This document shows, piece after piece, positions 29,259 through 38,896 of a DNA stretch of 62,537 nucleotides; position 1 is the stretch's first letter; each line of letters opens with the position of its first letter. Made by a program: the position numbers and the translations under genes. A model generated the notes under the pieces. That model was not told where the DNA came from. It worked only from the letters and a program-made list of their open reading frames with translations, and ran no database searches. Source of the stretch: Candidatus Woesearchaeota archaeon. Its GTDB lineage: Archaea; Nanobdellota; Nanobdellia; Pacearchaeales; GW2011-AR1. The stretch is from contig CAZGQV010000001.1 of NCBI GenBank assembly GCA_964527365.1, positions 8,828 through 71,364 of the forward strand, written 5' to 3'.

Positions 29259-30050
29259 ATGGGTAAAATTATTGGGGTGTTGAGTTTAAAGGGGGGAGTA
29301 GGTAAAACTTCTAGCGTTGTTTCTCTGGGGTCAGCACTTTCTCATTTTGGAAAGAGAGTTTTACTTGTTGATGCAAATTTTTCTGCTCCTAATTTGGGAA
29401 TTCATTTGGATATTTTAAATCCAAAAAAAACAATTCATCATGCATTATCTGGAGAACATTTGATTAATGATGTTGTTATTGAATTAGAAGATTTTGATAT
29501 TATTCCTGCGAGTGTTTATCCAACAAAAAAAATTAATCCTTTGGAATTAAAAAATAAATTGAGAATTTTGAAACCAAAATATGATTATATTCTAATTGAT
29601 TCTTCTCCTGCTTTAAATGAAGAAACTCTTGCCACAATGAACGCTTCAGATGAATTATTTGTAATTTCTACTCCAGATTTTTCGACGCTTACTATGACAT
29701 TAAAGGCTTCAAAATTAGCGAAGAAACAAGGAGTACCAATTAATGGAATTATTTTGAATAAAGTACATAATAAAAATTTTGAATTATCTTTGAATGAAAT
29801 TGAAAGAACAAGTGAAATGCCTATTTTGGCGGTTGTGCCTCATGATTTAGCTGTATTAAAATCTCAAGCTAATTTTGTTTCTCTTCCAAGATATAAACCT
29901 CGTTCAAAAGGGAGCACAGAATATCTTAAACTTGCGGCTTCAATGGTTGGAGAGAAATATGAACCTTTTAATTTAAGAGAAGTTCTTAGTGGTTTTAATC
30001 CTAAAAGGCAAGAAATAAACCGGGATTTATTTTATCAATCTGTTTTTTGA
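29259..30050 (+). CDS. MinD/ParA-family ATPase
   Basis: Deviant Walker A KGGVGKT, LLVDAN, YILIDSSP; start reset to MGKIIG (29259). Confidence 0.9.
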   Translation: MGKIIGVLSLKGGVGKTSSVVSLGSALSHFGKRVLLVDANFSAPNLGIHLDILNPKKTIHHALSGEHLINDVVIELEDFDIIPASVYPTKKINPLELKNKLRILKPKYDYILIDSSPALNEETLATMNASDELFVISTPDFSTLTMTLKASKLAKKQGVPINGIILNKVHNKNFELSLNEIERTSEMPILAVVPHDLAVLKSQANFVSLPRYKPRSKGSTEYLKLAASMVGEKYEPFNLREVLSGFNPKRQEINRDLFYQSVF

Positions 30051-30189
30051 ACATGAAATGTATTCCGAAATATTTTTTTCAAAAATGTTTATTGGAAGCA
30101 AAAAAGAAAAGGCCTTTTAGTTTAGAAAAAAAATAAATTTTCTAAAAGGCAAATTGTTTTTGAGTTTATTTGAGAGCAGTTTTATTTTT

Positions 30190-30417
30190 TTAGTTTAAGT
30201 GATGAACTTCTACTATTGCAGTATGTTTTTCACCTTCACGTAATATTTCTGGAAGAAGGATTAAAGCTTTTTCACCTTCAACACCCAAAATATTTACTTC
30301 AATTTCCAAGACATTGCTGGCCTGGGGGGAATTTTCTCTTGGTATTACTGGAGTGTAAACCATTCTCCCATCGATAAAAACTACTTCTCTTGGACAAGAG
30401 AGATTTGCTTTTTTCAT
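30190..30417 (-). CDS. Small hypothetical protein
   Basis: 75-aa ORF, beta-rich, no recognised motif. Confidence 0.55.
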   Translation of the reverse strand: MKKANLSCPREVVFIDGRMVYTPVIPRENSPQASNVLEIEVNILGVEGEKALILLPEILREGEKHTAIVEVHHLN

Positions 30418-30643
30418 ATCTTGGTATATACATTTTCTTTTATATTAATTTTCGAGTATTTTTTGGGGACAAGGCACAGTTAGGATTTTTTAGTGAAAGA
30501 TACGTGTTCTTGTTTCTAAGTTAAAGTGTTGATACAATTTTGTTCTTAAAACTTTGAAGAGTATTGGGGTCTAGTGAAAATGACACCTTTTTTATTTTTG
30601 TCAATCAAAAATCTTATAAATCGTTCATAAGTTATTTCCATAT

Positions 30644-30716
30644 AGCCCCGTAGTCTAGTGGTCAAGGATACTGGCCTTTGAAGCCAGTGACCCCGGTTCG
30701 AATCCGGGCGGGGCTA
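30644..30716 (+). tRNA. tRNA-Gln (TTG)
   Basis: Acceptor AGCCCCG/CGGGGCT, anticodon arm CTGGC-CTTTGAA-GCCAG, T-loop GTTCGAATC; no intron or CCA; TTATAAA about 24 nt upstream. Confidence 0.97.
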
Positions 30717-30721
30717 TTGAT

Positions 30722-31336
30722 TTAATGTTTATATCTCCCTCTTTTCTCAATTGCTTTCATTCTACTAAAAACTTTCTCTGCTTCTAAAGGTTCAATTGAT
30801 CTATAACCTATTTCAAATTTATTGAAAAGTATTTTCCAATTTTTAAAATGTTTTGCTTCCAGGGCTTGTTTTAGTAAATGAATGTCGACTCCCTTATCTT
30901 CGTATTTTCCATTCAAATATCCGAGTCCAAAATCTATTATGAAAACCTTCTCTTTTTTCAAAATCATGTTAGAAGTTGTGAGATCTCCATGAATTATTCC
31001 TTCTTTGTGGATTTTTGCAATTGATTGTCCTATTTGAAACATTATTTTTTTTTGTTTTTTTTCATCATATAAATCTAGTGTTAGGGAGAGTTTGTCTCCA
31101 TCAATAAAAGGCATTTCAATTAGATTATGTTTTTCTTGTTCTTTTGGTTTTGGAACACTAATTATTTCTGATGCTTTTTTTAGAATTTTTGTTTCGGCTT
31201 TTGTTCTTCTTTTAATTATTTTTTTATCTAACTCTGGATGCCGATATCCTTTTGATATTCTATTTTTTGTTACTTTTTCTTTTTCTTTGTAGATTATTGC
31301 TTCTGCTCCACGACCAATTATTTTTTGGTTTGTCAT
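30722..31336 (-). CDS. bud32: KEOPS kinase Bud32
   Basis: IGRGAEA, IIHGDLTTSNMI, IDFGLG, RGRY; start reset to MTNQKII because the upstream extension overlaps a small gene. Confidence 0.95.
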   Translation of the reverse strand: MTNQKIIGRGAEAIIYKEKEKVTKNRISKGYRHPELDKKIIKRRTKAETKILKKASEIISVPKPKEQEKHNLIEMPFIDGDKLSLTLDLYDEKKQKKIMFQIGQSIAKIHKEGIIHGDLTTSNMILKKEKVFIIDFGLGYLNGKYEDKGVDIHLLKQALEAKHFKNWKILFNKFEIGYRSIEPLEAEKVFSRMKAIEKRGRYKH

Positions 31337-31337
31337 T

Positions 31338-31508
31338 TTATTTTTTATTTTTGAAATCAATTGATTCATGTATTTTATATGCTCCAAGGAGAATGAATGT
31401 TATTGGGAGAGCATATTTGAATAGGGAATCATTTGTGAATATGAATAGAGCTATTGCAACTATGAATGAGCATATTGCTTCTAAAAGTGATTTGTATTTT
31501 TGTTTCAT
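31338..31508 (-). CDS. Small two-TM membrane protein, 56 aa (not in ORF track)
   Basis: MKQKYKSLLEAICSFIVAIALFIFTNDSLFKYALPITFILLGAYKIHESIDFKNKK*; stop 1 nt before the bud32 ATG. Confidence 0.65.
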   Translation of the reverse strand: MKQKYKSLLEAICSFIVAIALFIFTNDSLFKYALPITFILLGAYKIHESIDFKNKK

Positions 31509-31546
31509 GATTTTAGAAATAAAATGGTTGTTTTAAGTTTTACGAA

Positions 31547-31942
31547 TTATTTATCTTTCACAATCAAGAAAATTGCAAGAGAAAGAAGAATTCCAATATC
31601 TGTTATCATGCAATATTGACAGATTGCTTTTAGGATGAAAAATTGTACGAAAAGAAAATATAGGGCAATTACTGAACCAAGAATTAATCCTGATGCAATT
31701 AGTTGTTTTCTTTTTTTTGTTGGTTTTTTGTCATGTAAGAATGTTATTAGAAACAGGATTGCAAAAGCAACTAATCCTAAATGCGCGTTTTGGAATCCGA
31801 ATGTTGTTTCATAAGGAGATGTTTGAACTGCATAGCATCCAGAATCTTCTAAACCACATGCTTTATCAATTGGAATAAAACTTAAAATTACTGAAGAGAT
31901 TAATGCTAGGGCAATTAATAGTAATATTGATTTATATTTCAT
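31547..31942 (-). CDS. Vitamin K epoxide reductase (VKOR) family disulfide-bond formation protein
   Basis: 4 TM; loop cysteines ACGLEDSGCYAVQTSPY; redox CxxC AICQYCM. Confidence 0.9.
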   Translation of the reverse strand: MKYKSILLLIALALISSVILSFIPIDKACGLEDSGCYAVQTSPYETTFGFQNAHLGLVAFAILFLITFLHDKKPTKKRKQLIASGLILGSVIALYFLFVQFFILKAICQYCMITDIGILLSLAIFLIVKDK

Positions 31943-31988
31943 AGGGAAAATAGGAAAAAAATAGTTAAAAGGGTTTGGGTGAAATTGG

Positions 31989-32720
31989 TTATTTTGTTTT
32001 TTTCCATTTGTCTAAGAAGAATTGTTTGTAAGAATTTGCAATAACTTTACTTTCTATGACTACTGCTATTGGGGAATCTTCCCATTCTGTGATTATGATT
32101 TTATTTTTGTGAATAGCTAATCCTGTTGGGAGAAATTCTTCTACATATTTTACTTGAGTGTTTGGTAGTTTCTCAAATATTCCTTTTGTTTTTTCTTTTG
32201 TTTTTTTCATTGCAAGTCCTTTAACTTTTATTCCTTTTTTTGAACGCTTCAAGTGAAAATTTCTGAAGAAAGTAAAAAAATTACCTTCTTCTAAAATTTC
32301 TTTATGTACTTGAAAGAAATAATATTCTTCCCCTTTTTTCATTGATGTTAATATTTCTCCAAATGCTGTTTGAAGGCCTTTTATTCCTTTGTAAATTTTT
32401 GCTGTTTGTTTGTATTTTGAGAGGATTTGTTTTTCTTTTAATTTTGGAAGTATTTCAAGGAATTCTTTTTTCTTTTTTTCATGTAATTCTAAAAGAATAT
32501 TTGGAGATTCTGCAGAATAGGTTTTTATTTTTCCTTCTGAAATAAAACTAACAATTCCTTTTTCAATTAAAGCACCTAATGCGTGATAGATTGTACTGCT
32601 TTGGAGATTTGTTTTATCTATGAGTGTTCCTGCTTTTGATGAACCGAGTCCTAAAAGAGTCGAATATATTCTTGCTTCTGCGTTTGTCAATCCTAATCCT
32701 TCTAATGCTTTTTTTTCCAT
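31989..32720 (-). CDS. TrmB-family transcriptional regulator
   Basis: LGLTNAEARIYSTLL...STIYHALGALIEKGIV wHTH plus PLD-like effector domain. Confidence 0.88.
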   Translation of the reverse strand: MEKKALEGLGLTNAEARIYSTLLGLGSSKAGTLIDKTNLQSSTIYHALGALIEKGIVSFISEGKIKTYSAESPNILLELHEKKKKEFLEILPKLKEKQILSKYKQTAKIYKGIKGLQTAFGEILTSMKKGEEYYFFQVHKEILEEGNFFTFFRNFHLKRSKKGIKVKGLAMKKTKEKTKGIFEKLPNTQVKYVEEFLPTGLAIHKNKIIITEWEDSPIAVVIESKVIANSYKQFFLDKWKKTK

Positions 32721-32846
32721 ATTTTTATGGAGAAATTTTATTTTAAATAACTTTCCAATATTGGAGAGGAGATTGATATAAGGGAGAGTTGGGGTTGAGG
32801 ATAAAATAAAATGAATAAAATATTTTTAAAAAAATTAAATGAAACT

Positions 32847-32932
32847 TTTACTTATCGACTTAGATTTGTATAACGTTCTTTACTTATCGCTTTAGATTTG
32901 TGAAGTTATTTTGTTTTTCGATTTAGAATTGT
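32847..32932. repeat. Three imperfect 23-bp direct repeats spaced 31-32 bp
   Basis: TTTACTTATCGACTTAGATTTGT (32847), TTTACTTATCGCTTTAGATTTGT (32879), TTTGTTTTTCGATTTAGAATTGT (32910). Confidence 0.8.
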
Positions 32933-33087
32933 GAAATATATTTGTTTACTGTATTAAGTTTGCAAATTTTGAAGAATTTCCGTTTAGGATTTTTTTCTCT
33001 AAGTAAGACGCAAAGGCGTTTTTCTAGTTTTTACTTTGTAAATTATTTTATCAATTAAATAAATTATTAATCTTAAATCTTAATGTT

Positions 33088-33315
33088 ATGAATGTATCTT
33101 TAGAATTTTTACAGTGTTTATGGTCTTCCCTCCAAACTGGAATTGTACTTTCTTTTTTGGTAGCTTCTTTTTTTCCCGGAATGGGGATTGGATTTGAAAT
33201 TCTCGAAGGGATGAATATTAAAGAATTATTTCAATGTTTTTTGTTTTTTATTATTGTATTTGCCATTTATGTTTTTATGTGCTTTATTTTTAGCTTGTTA
33301 TTTTGTCTTTTATGA
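33088..33315 (+). CDS. Possible small membrane protein
   Basis: Hydrophobic 75-aa ORF in T-rich DNA; may be spurious. Confidence 0.35.
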   Translation: MNVSLEFLQCLWSSLQTGIVLSFLVASFFPGMGIGFEILEGMNIKELFQCFLFFIIVFAIYVFMCFIFSLLFCLL

Positions 33316-33354
33316 TTTTAGTTAATCTTAATCTAGAAAAGAAAATTAAATATC

Positions 33355-33377
33355 CTCTCCTGAAAAGGAGGGGTTTT
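33355..33377 (+). terminator. Hairpin plus U-tract, intrinsic-terminator-like
   Basis: CTCTCC-TGAAAA-GGAGGG-TTTTT between convergent ORFs. Confidence 0.4.
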
Positions 33378-33398
33378 TACTTTGTTTTATTTTTTTAC

Positions 33399-34772
33399 CT
33401 AAAGTTTCATACCTTTCATTCCACGACCAAATTTCTTCATCATTTTTTGCATTTGTTTTTCATTCATACCTTCACCAATGTCCATTCCTTGAGTTCCCTT
33501 AACCATTCCTGAGAGCATATCATATTGTTTTATTAGTGAACGAATTTCAGAGTTGTTTACTCCTGCTCCTTTTGCAATTCTTCCAATTCTTGAAGTTTCT
33601 TTTTTAATCAATTCGGGATTTTCTTTTTCTGCTTCAGTCATGGAATTAATAATGTGTTCCCATCTTGTAACTTTTTTTTGTTGTTCTTCTAATTGACTTT
33701 TGTTAATTTTTGCTTTACTAGCCCCTGGAATCATTGACATCATTTTATCCATTCCACCCATTGAATTCATAGATTTAATTTGCTCAACCACGTCAGTTAG
33801 GGTGAATTTCCCTTCCTTTAGTTTTTCTTCGAGTTTTTTTTGTTTCTTGTCATCAGTTACTGATTTTATTTTTTCCATTAATGATTCTAAATCTCCCATT
33901 CCCAAAAGACGAGATAAGAAAGATTCTGGATTGAATTTTTCCAAATCATTAATTTTTTCACCTGTTGCAATAAAGTAAACCTCGGATTTTGTTTCTGCAC
34001 ATGCAGTTAGAGCACCCCCCCCTTTTGCGGTAGAATCCATTCTGGAAATTATTACTCCTGTTATATTTAGTATATCTGCGAATTTTTCTGCTTGATTTTT
34101 TGCAGCTTGACCAATGTCCCCTGGCATTACCAAAATTGTTTCATCTGGTTTGATTAATTTATTTAAATCTTTAATTTCTTTTGTTAATTCTTTGTCTAAA
34201 TCATGCCTTCCCGCAGTATCCACAATTATCAAATCAAATTTGTCTAATTTTGGTTTAATCTTTTTGTAATTTTTTACTGCTGAATCGTTTTCTGGAACGG
34301 TGAACACTGCAAGATTATTTTGTTTTCCTAATTGTTCTAATTGTTCTTTTGCTGCGGGTCTCCAAACGTCTAAACCCACTAATGCCACTTTCTTTCCTCT
34401 TTTTTGGAAGTAATTACCGATTTTTGCGGTTGTTGTAGTTTTACCTGCAGCATAAAGTCCACACATAATTATTTTTGTTTGGCCTTTTTCTTTTAGTGTT
34501 AATTCTTTTTTCTTCCCCAGAATTATAATTAATTCATCGTGTAAGGCTTTGATTAAATGTTCTTTTTTCTCTATTCCTTTAATTTTTTCATCATAAGCTA
34601 TCTTTTTTATTTTTTGAGATAATTCTTTTACAAGTAAAATTGAAACATCTGCTTCAATTAATGCACGTTGCAATTCTCGGACAATTCCATCTACTAAATT
34701 CTTATCCAATAGAATTGCATTTGATATTTTGTCAGTTGCTTTTTTTAATGCATTTCCCAATCTTTCTAACAT
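33399..34772 (-). CDS. srp54: Signal recognition particle protein Srp54
   Basis: ALIEADVS, GLYAAGKTTT, DVWRPAA, DTAGRH, AKGGGAL, M-domain SRIGRIAKGAG. Confidence 0.97.
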   Translation of the reverse strand: MLERLGNALKKATDKISNAILLDKNLVDGIVRELQRALIEADVSILLVKELSQKIKKIAYDEKIKGIEKKEHLIKALHDELIIILGKKKELTLKEKGQTKIIMCGLYAAGKTTTTAKIGNYFQKRGKKVALVGLDVWRPAAKEQLEQLGKQNNLAVFTVPENDSAVKNYKKIKPKLDKFDLIIVDTAGRHDLDKELTKEIKDLNKLIKPDETILVMPGDIGQAAKNQAEKFADILNITGVIISRMDSTAKGGGALTACAETKSEVYFIATGEKINDLEKFNPESFLSRLLGMGDLESLMEKIKSVTDDKKQKKLEEKLKEGKFTLTDVVEQIKSMNSMGGMDKMMSMIPGASKAKINKSQLEEQQKKVTRWEHIINSMTEAEKENPELIKKETSRIGRIAKGAGVNNSEIRSLIKQYDMLSGMVKGTQGMDIGEGMNEKQMQKMMKKFGRGMKGMKL

Positions 34773-34821
34773 AGAAATAAGGGGAATTTAGGATTTATAG
34801 GTTTTTTGGGTTTGAAAAAAA

Positions 34822-35145
34822 TTATTCTTTTAATATTATTCTATATTGGTTATTTTCGTATTGGAATTCTAGTTCAGTTGATTTGCCCCTTTCTATATAT
34901 GTGCTCTCGGAGGGCAAGTTAATTCTTCTATCTGGCTCTGAGGAATCTTTAAGATAATTTATTGTCAACTCTTTTAATTCCCCTCCACTAGATTTTATTA
35001 GATTTGATTTTAACATTATTTTTTCTCCGATTTCAGATTCTATGCTTGGAAAAGTGCTAGGAGGTAATTTTTTCATCAATTCATGAATTTTAAGTGCTTT
35101 TTCTAAAGTTCCTTCAACATGGACCTTATCCTCAAAATTATTCAT
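34822..35145 (-). CDS. Hypothetical protein
   Basis: 107-aa ORF between ftsY and srp54. Confidence 0.6.
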   Translation of the reverse strand: MNNFEDKVHVEGTLEKALKIHELMKKLPPSTFPSIESEIGEKIMLKSNLIKSSGGELKELTINYLKDSSEPDRRINLPSESTYIERGKSTELEFQYENNQYRIILKE

Positions 35146-35206
35146 ATAAATTAAAAGAGCGTTTTATTTATAATTATTTTTGTTGTAAGAGAGTATGTTT
35201 TTGTTT

Positions 35207-36439
35207 TTATAATCCTAATTTCTCAATGAATAATTTTTTATCGAATTTCTCAATGTCTTCGTAGTTTTGTCCAGTTCCAAGATATATTATTGGTTTTTTT
35301 GTCACATAGCCCACAGAGAGAGCAGTTCCACCTTTTTCATCAATATCTGCTTTTGATAAAAATATCCCGTCTATTCCAATATTTTTATTGAATGCTTTTA
35401 CTTGATCAACTGCGTCGTTACCTGTGATTGATTCTCCGACAAAAATAGTTCTATCTGGATTACAAACTCTTTTAATTTTGGCCATTTCTTGAAGTAAATT
35501 TGTTGCAGTGTGGATTCTTCCTGCTGTGTCAATTAATACAACATCTATTTTATTTTTTTCTGCATATTTTATTGCATCAAATCCTACTGCTGCAGGATCG
35601 CTCCCGTAATCATGTGCAATTACTTTTACATCTAAATTTTCTCCATGTTTTTTTAATTGTTCAACTGCTGCAGCCCTAAATGTATCTCCCGCAGCTAGTA
35701 CTGAAGTTAAACCCTTATTTTTTAGCATACTTGCAAATTTTGCAATTTGTGTTGTTTTTCCAACTCCATTAATACCACAAAAGATCATTACATAAGGACT
35801 TTCTTTCTTTTTTATTTCTTCAAGAATATTGAATGGTTCAATTAAAATCTTTTCAATTATTTCTTTTAAGGATTTTGTGGTTAATTCAATTATTTCTTTT
35901 TTATTTAATTCTTTACCAACAATTTTTAATTTTAGCTTACCTATTATTTTTTCTGCAACTTCAAGTGCAACATTATTTTCTAAAAGAATCATTTCTAAAT
36001 CCTCTGAATATTCCATAAATTCATTTTCAGATATTATTTTTGTTTTGGAAGTTAATTTTTGCAAAAAAGATTTCTTCTCTTTTGGTTTTTTCAGTTTATC
36101 TAAATCTGGTTGGTAGGATTGTTGAGCAATATCAAATTTTTTCCTTGGTTCAATATATTCTCCTGTTTTTAATTCTTGTTTTAATTTTTTTTCAATTGTT
36201 TTGTCGATTTCTTTTTTTTTAGTTTTTTTCTTTTTTGAAATTTCTTTTTTCTTTTTTGGTTTTTCAATTATCTCTTCTTTTGGTTTTTCTTCAATTTTTC
36301 TTTCTTTCTTTTTTGAAAATACTTTTTTTAGAAATCCTTTCTCTTCGTTTGTTTCTTCGACAACTTCAGTTATTTCTTCTTTTACTTCTGCGACTTTTTT
36401 TGTCCATTCCTTTAATTTGTTTTTTAATTTTCCGAACAT
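35207..36439 (-). CDS. ftsY: SRP receptor FtsY
   Basis: K/E-rich N-region, GINGVGKTT, GDTFRAAAVEQL, DTAGRI, KGGTALS. Confidence 0.97.
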   Translation of the reverse strand: MFGKLKNKLKEWTKKVAEVKEEITEVVEETNEEKGFLKKVFSKKKERKIEEKPKEEIIEKPKKKKEISKKKKTKKKEIDKTIEKKLKQELKTGEYIEPRKKFDIAQQSYQPDLDKLKKPKEKKSFLQKLTSKTKIISENEFMEYSEDLEMILLENNVALEVAEKIIGKLKLKIVGKELNKKEIIELTTKSLKEIIEKILIEPFNILEEIKKKESPYVMIFCGINGVGKTTQIAKFASMLKNKGLTSVLAAGDTFRAAAVEQLKKHGENLDVKVIAHDYGSDPAAVGFDAIKYAEKNKIDVVLIDTAGRIHTATNLLQEMAKIKRVCNPDRTIFVGESITGNDAVDQVKAFNKNIGIDGIFLSKADIDEKGGTALSVGYVTKKPIIYLGTGQNYEDIEKFDKKLFIEKLGL

Positions 36440-36489
36440 GTTTTTTAAAATCTCTAAACATTTATATACTTTTTTTTATTTTATTTCTT

Positions 36490-37797
36490 ATGGAATTTTG
36501 GGGTTTGGTGATAGCCATTTTCTTAGGAGCATTAATTGGGCTTCAACGAGAGTTTTCTCAACAAAAAGAACACATTCAAAGATTTGCAGGTTTTAGAACA
36601 TTTATTTTAATTACTTTGTTTGGGGGAATGATGGGGTATTTATCCGAGGGAATAACTTCAATTTTTGTAATTGTAGGTTTCATAGGAGTAGTTTTGATAA
36701 TTGCAGTTTCTTACGTTTTGGGGTATATGAAATCCAAAGACATGTCTGCTACAACTGAAATTAGTGGAATTTTGGTTTATATTCTTGGTGTGATGTGTAC
36801 AACAGGTTATATCCAATTGGCAGTTATTTTAGGAATAATTATTACGGCAATTTTAACATTTAAAGAAAGATTTCATCAAATTGCTCAAAAAATGGAAAAG
36901 AAAGAATTATTTGCAGTAATCAAATTTGCAATTGTCTCTTTAGTTGTTTTACCAATTTTACCCAATAAAAATTATTCCCCCTTGGATATTCCGGGATTAG
37001 GTGATCTTTTAATAGGTATTGGTTTGAAAGGAAATTTTCTCTCACAATTAACAGTCTTTAACCCAGCACATATTTGGTTAATGGTAGTTTTTGTCTCAGG
37101 GCTTAGTTTTTTAGGTTATTTTTTAGTTAAAATTATTGGCTCAAAAAAAGGTTATGGGGTTTTAGGTTTTGTGGGGGGGCTCGTTTCTTCAACTGCAGTG
37201 ACTTTATCAATGGCTGGAGAAAGTAAAAATAATAAAGGAAATTATTTTCCATTCGTTCTTGCAGTAATTTTAGCAACAGCTGTAACCTTTATTAGGATTA
37301 TTTTTGAAGTTGCGGTTGTAAATAATTCTCTTTTATCTACTTTATTTGTTCCCATGATATTTATGGCTCTTGCAGGGTTTATTGTAGCTTATTTTTTCTA
37401 CCGACGAAGAGATAAAAAGAAGAAAGCCAAAAAAATTGAATTTAAACAACCTTTTGCATTAAAACCAGCAATAAAGTTTGGATTGTTTTTTGCTTTTATC
37501 TTATTAATTTCAAAAATTGCCCAGTTATTATTTGGTTCAATAGGAATTTATGCTACAAGTATTTTGTCTGGTCTTGCTGATGTTGATGCGATTACATTAT
37601 CTATGGCTTCGTTAAGTAAAAATGGAGTGATTAGTAATTTTGTAGCAACAACTGCGATTATTTTAGCCGCAGCTTCAAACACTTTAGTTAAAGCTGGTTT
37701 GGCATATTTTCTTGGGGGGAAGAAATTTGGAAGAATGATTGTTTGGTCTTTCTTGTTTATTCTGGCTGTTGGGCTTTTGGTTTTATTTTTGTTTTAA
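36490..37797 (+). CDS. MgtC/SapB-family membrane protein with DUF4010-like C-domain
   Basis: LGALIGLQRE, AGFRTFILI, GGLVSSTAVT, GLADVDAI; start reset to MEFWGL (36490). Confidence 0.92.
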   Translation: MEFWGLVIAIFLGALIGLQREFSQQKEHIQRFAGFRTFILITLFGGMMGYLSEGITSIFVIVGFIGVVLIIAVSYVLGYMKSKDMSATTEISGILVYILGVMCTTGYIQLAVILGIIITAILTFKERFHQIAQKMEKKELFAVIKFAIVSLVVLPILPNKNYSPLDIPGLGDLLIGIGLKGNFLSQLTVFNPAHIWLMVVFVSGLSFLGYFLVKIIGSKKGYGVLGFVGGLVSSTAVTLSMAGESKNNKGNYFPFVLAVILATAVTFIRIIFEVAVVNNSLLSTLFVPMIFMALAGFIVAYFFYRRRDKKKKAKKIEFKQPFALKPAIKFGLFFAFILLISKIAQLLFGSIGIYATSILSGLADVDAITLSMASLSKNGVISNFVATTAIILAAASNTLVKAGLAYFLGGKKFGRMIVWSFLFILAVGLLVLFLF

Positions 37798-37800
37798 CCT

Positions 37801-37854
37801 AAATTTTTATAAACAATAACTTCTTTTTTAGAATATGAAAAAAGAGGTCAAAAT
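37801..37854 (+). repeat. Duplicated promoter and start region, copy 1 (copy 2 at 38863-38916)
   Basis: AAATTTTTATAAA at the same distance from ATG, plus a perfect 31-bp TTTTTTAGAATATGAAAAAAGAGGTCAAAAT at 37824 and 38886. Confidence 0.85.
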
Positions 37855-38848
37855 GATGAAGGGGATTTTTGTTATACTATTTTTCATAATCTTTTTTCTC
37901 GGACTTGTTAATGCGCAAGAGTCTTCTTGTTTTAGTGAAGGCAATTGTGTTTTGTATCTTGAAAAACCAGCAAGTGTAATTGTTCCTGCAGTAAGTTTCG
38001 CGCAACCTTTTTCAATGAGTTTAAATTTTATTGATTCTGAAAAAGTTAAATTAAATTTAAATGGAAAAGATCTTTTTGAAGATACACCTTTTCTAAAAGA
38101 ACAAGAATTTTATACAATCGGTAATGGAAATGTTAAATTAAAAATCGAGAAAATAAATTATTATTCAGAAAATTCTGAATTAAATAATGTAGAACTTGGT
38201 TATGAAATTTTGGCTTTAAATAGAGAATCTTTTTGTTCTAAAGAAGGCAGTTGTGAAGTCTATTTTATGGGAGGAATTTCTGCGTGGATTGACCCGGGAG
38301 TTTTTTATGAGATAAGGGCTTGGGGGCTGATGAATTCTTCTCATGTTGAATTAATGGTTGGGGGAACAACCCTTCTAGAAGATTCGGAAACATTTTTGCT
38401 TGTCGAAAATCAACAAATTACTTTGAAAGATGGATCTTTTTTAATAATTAAAGATATTGATTATGATCTTTTAAAAATTCACAATAGTAAAGTATTGTTT
38501 GATATAATTCCAAATATTGATGCTAATTCTTATTGTTATTCCAAAAAGGAAGATACGAGAGTTGATAATTCTACAAAGATTTGTAGGTTTTATCTTGGAG
38601 GAGGAGATGTAGGGCTGAATCTTAACAATAAGATTTATGAGATTTTTTTAGAGGATCTTTCTGAAAATTCGTTTTCTTTAAACATGAATGGAGAGATTGT
38701 TGAAAGGGGGTCTTTTTTTGAAAATATTTTGGTAACTGGTCCGATCAATTCTAATCAAGGACTTCTTTTTGCAGAAGTTACTTTTGAGTCAAATTTTTTG
38801 AAAAGAACTTTTTATTGGTTTAGATGTGTGTTTTCTAAATCTTGTTAA
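37835..38848 (+). CDS. Secreted hypothetical protein with internal repeats
   Basis: Signal peptide ...FFIIFFLGLVNA; three modules SCFSEGNCVLY / FCSKEGSCEVY / YCYSK..CRFY. Confidence 0.75.
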   Translation: MKKEVKMMKGIFVILFFIIFFLGLVNAQESSCFSEGNCVLYLEKPASVIVPAVSFAQPFSMSLNFIDSEKVKLNLNGKDLFEDTPFLKEQEFYTIGNGNVKLKIEKINYYSENSELNNVELGYEILALNRESFCSKEGSCEVYFMGGISAWIDPGVFYEIRAWGLMNSSHVELMVGGTTLLEDSETFLLVENQQITLKDGSFLIIKDIDYDLLKIHNSKVLFDIIPNIDANSYCYSKKEDTRVDNSTKICRFYLGGGDVGLNLNNKIYEIFLEDLSENSFSLNMNGEIVERGSFFENILVTGPINSNQGLLFAEVTFESNFLKRTFYWFRCVFSKSC

Positions 38849-38896
38849 TTTTAATTTAATGTAAATTTTTATAAAGAATCTTTTATTTTTTAGAAT

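Noticed and set aside
30521-30604. RHH-like fragment LTKIKKVSFSLDPNTLQSF on the minus strand
   Set aside because: Only 27 codons, TTG start, resemblance too short to support a gene or pseudogene.
31252-31536. Plus-strand 94-aa ORF from the track
   Set aside because: Overlaps bud32 and is the shadow of a better minus-strand gene at 31338-31508.
32847-32932. Repeats as a mini CRISPR array
   Set aside because: Spacers are only 8-9 nt, repeats are degenerate and there are no cas genes.
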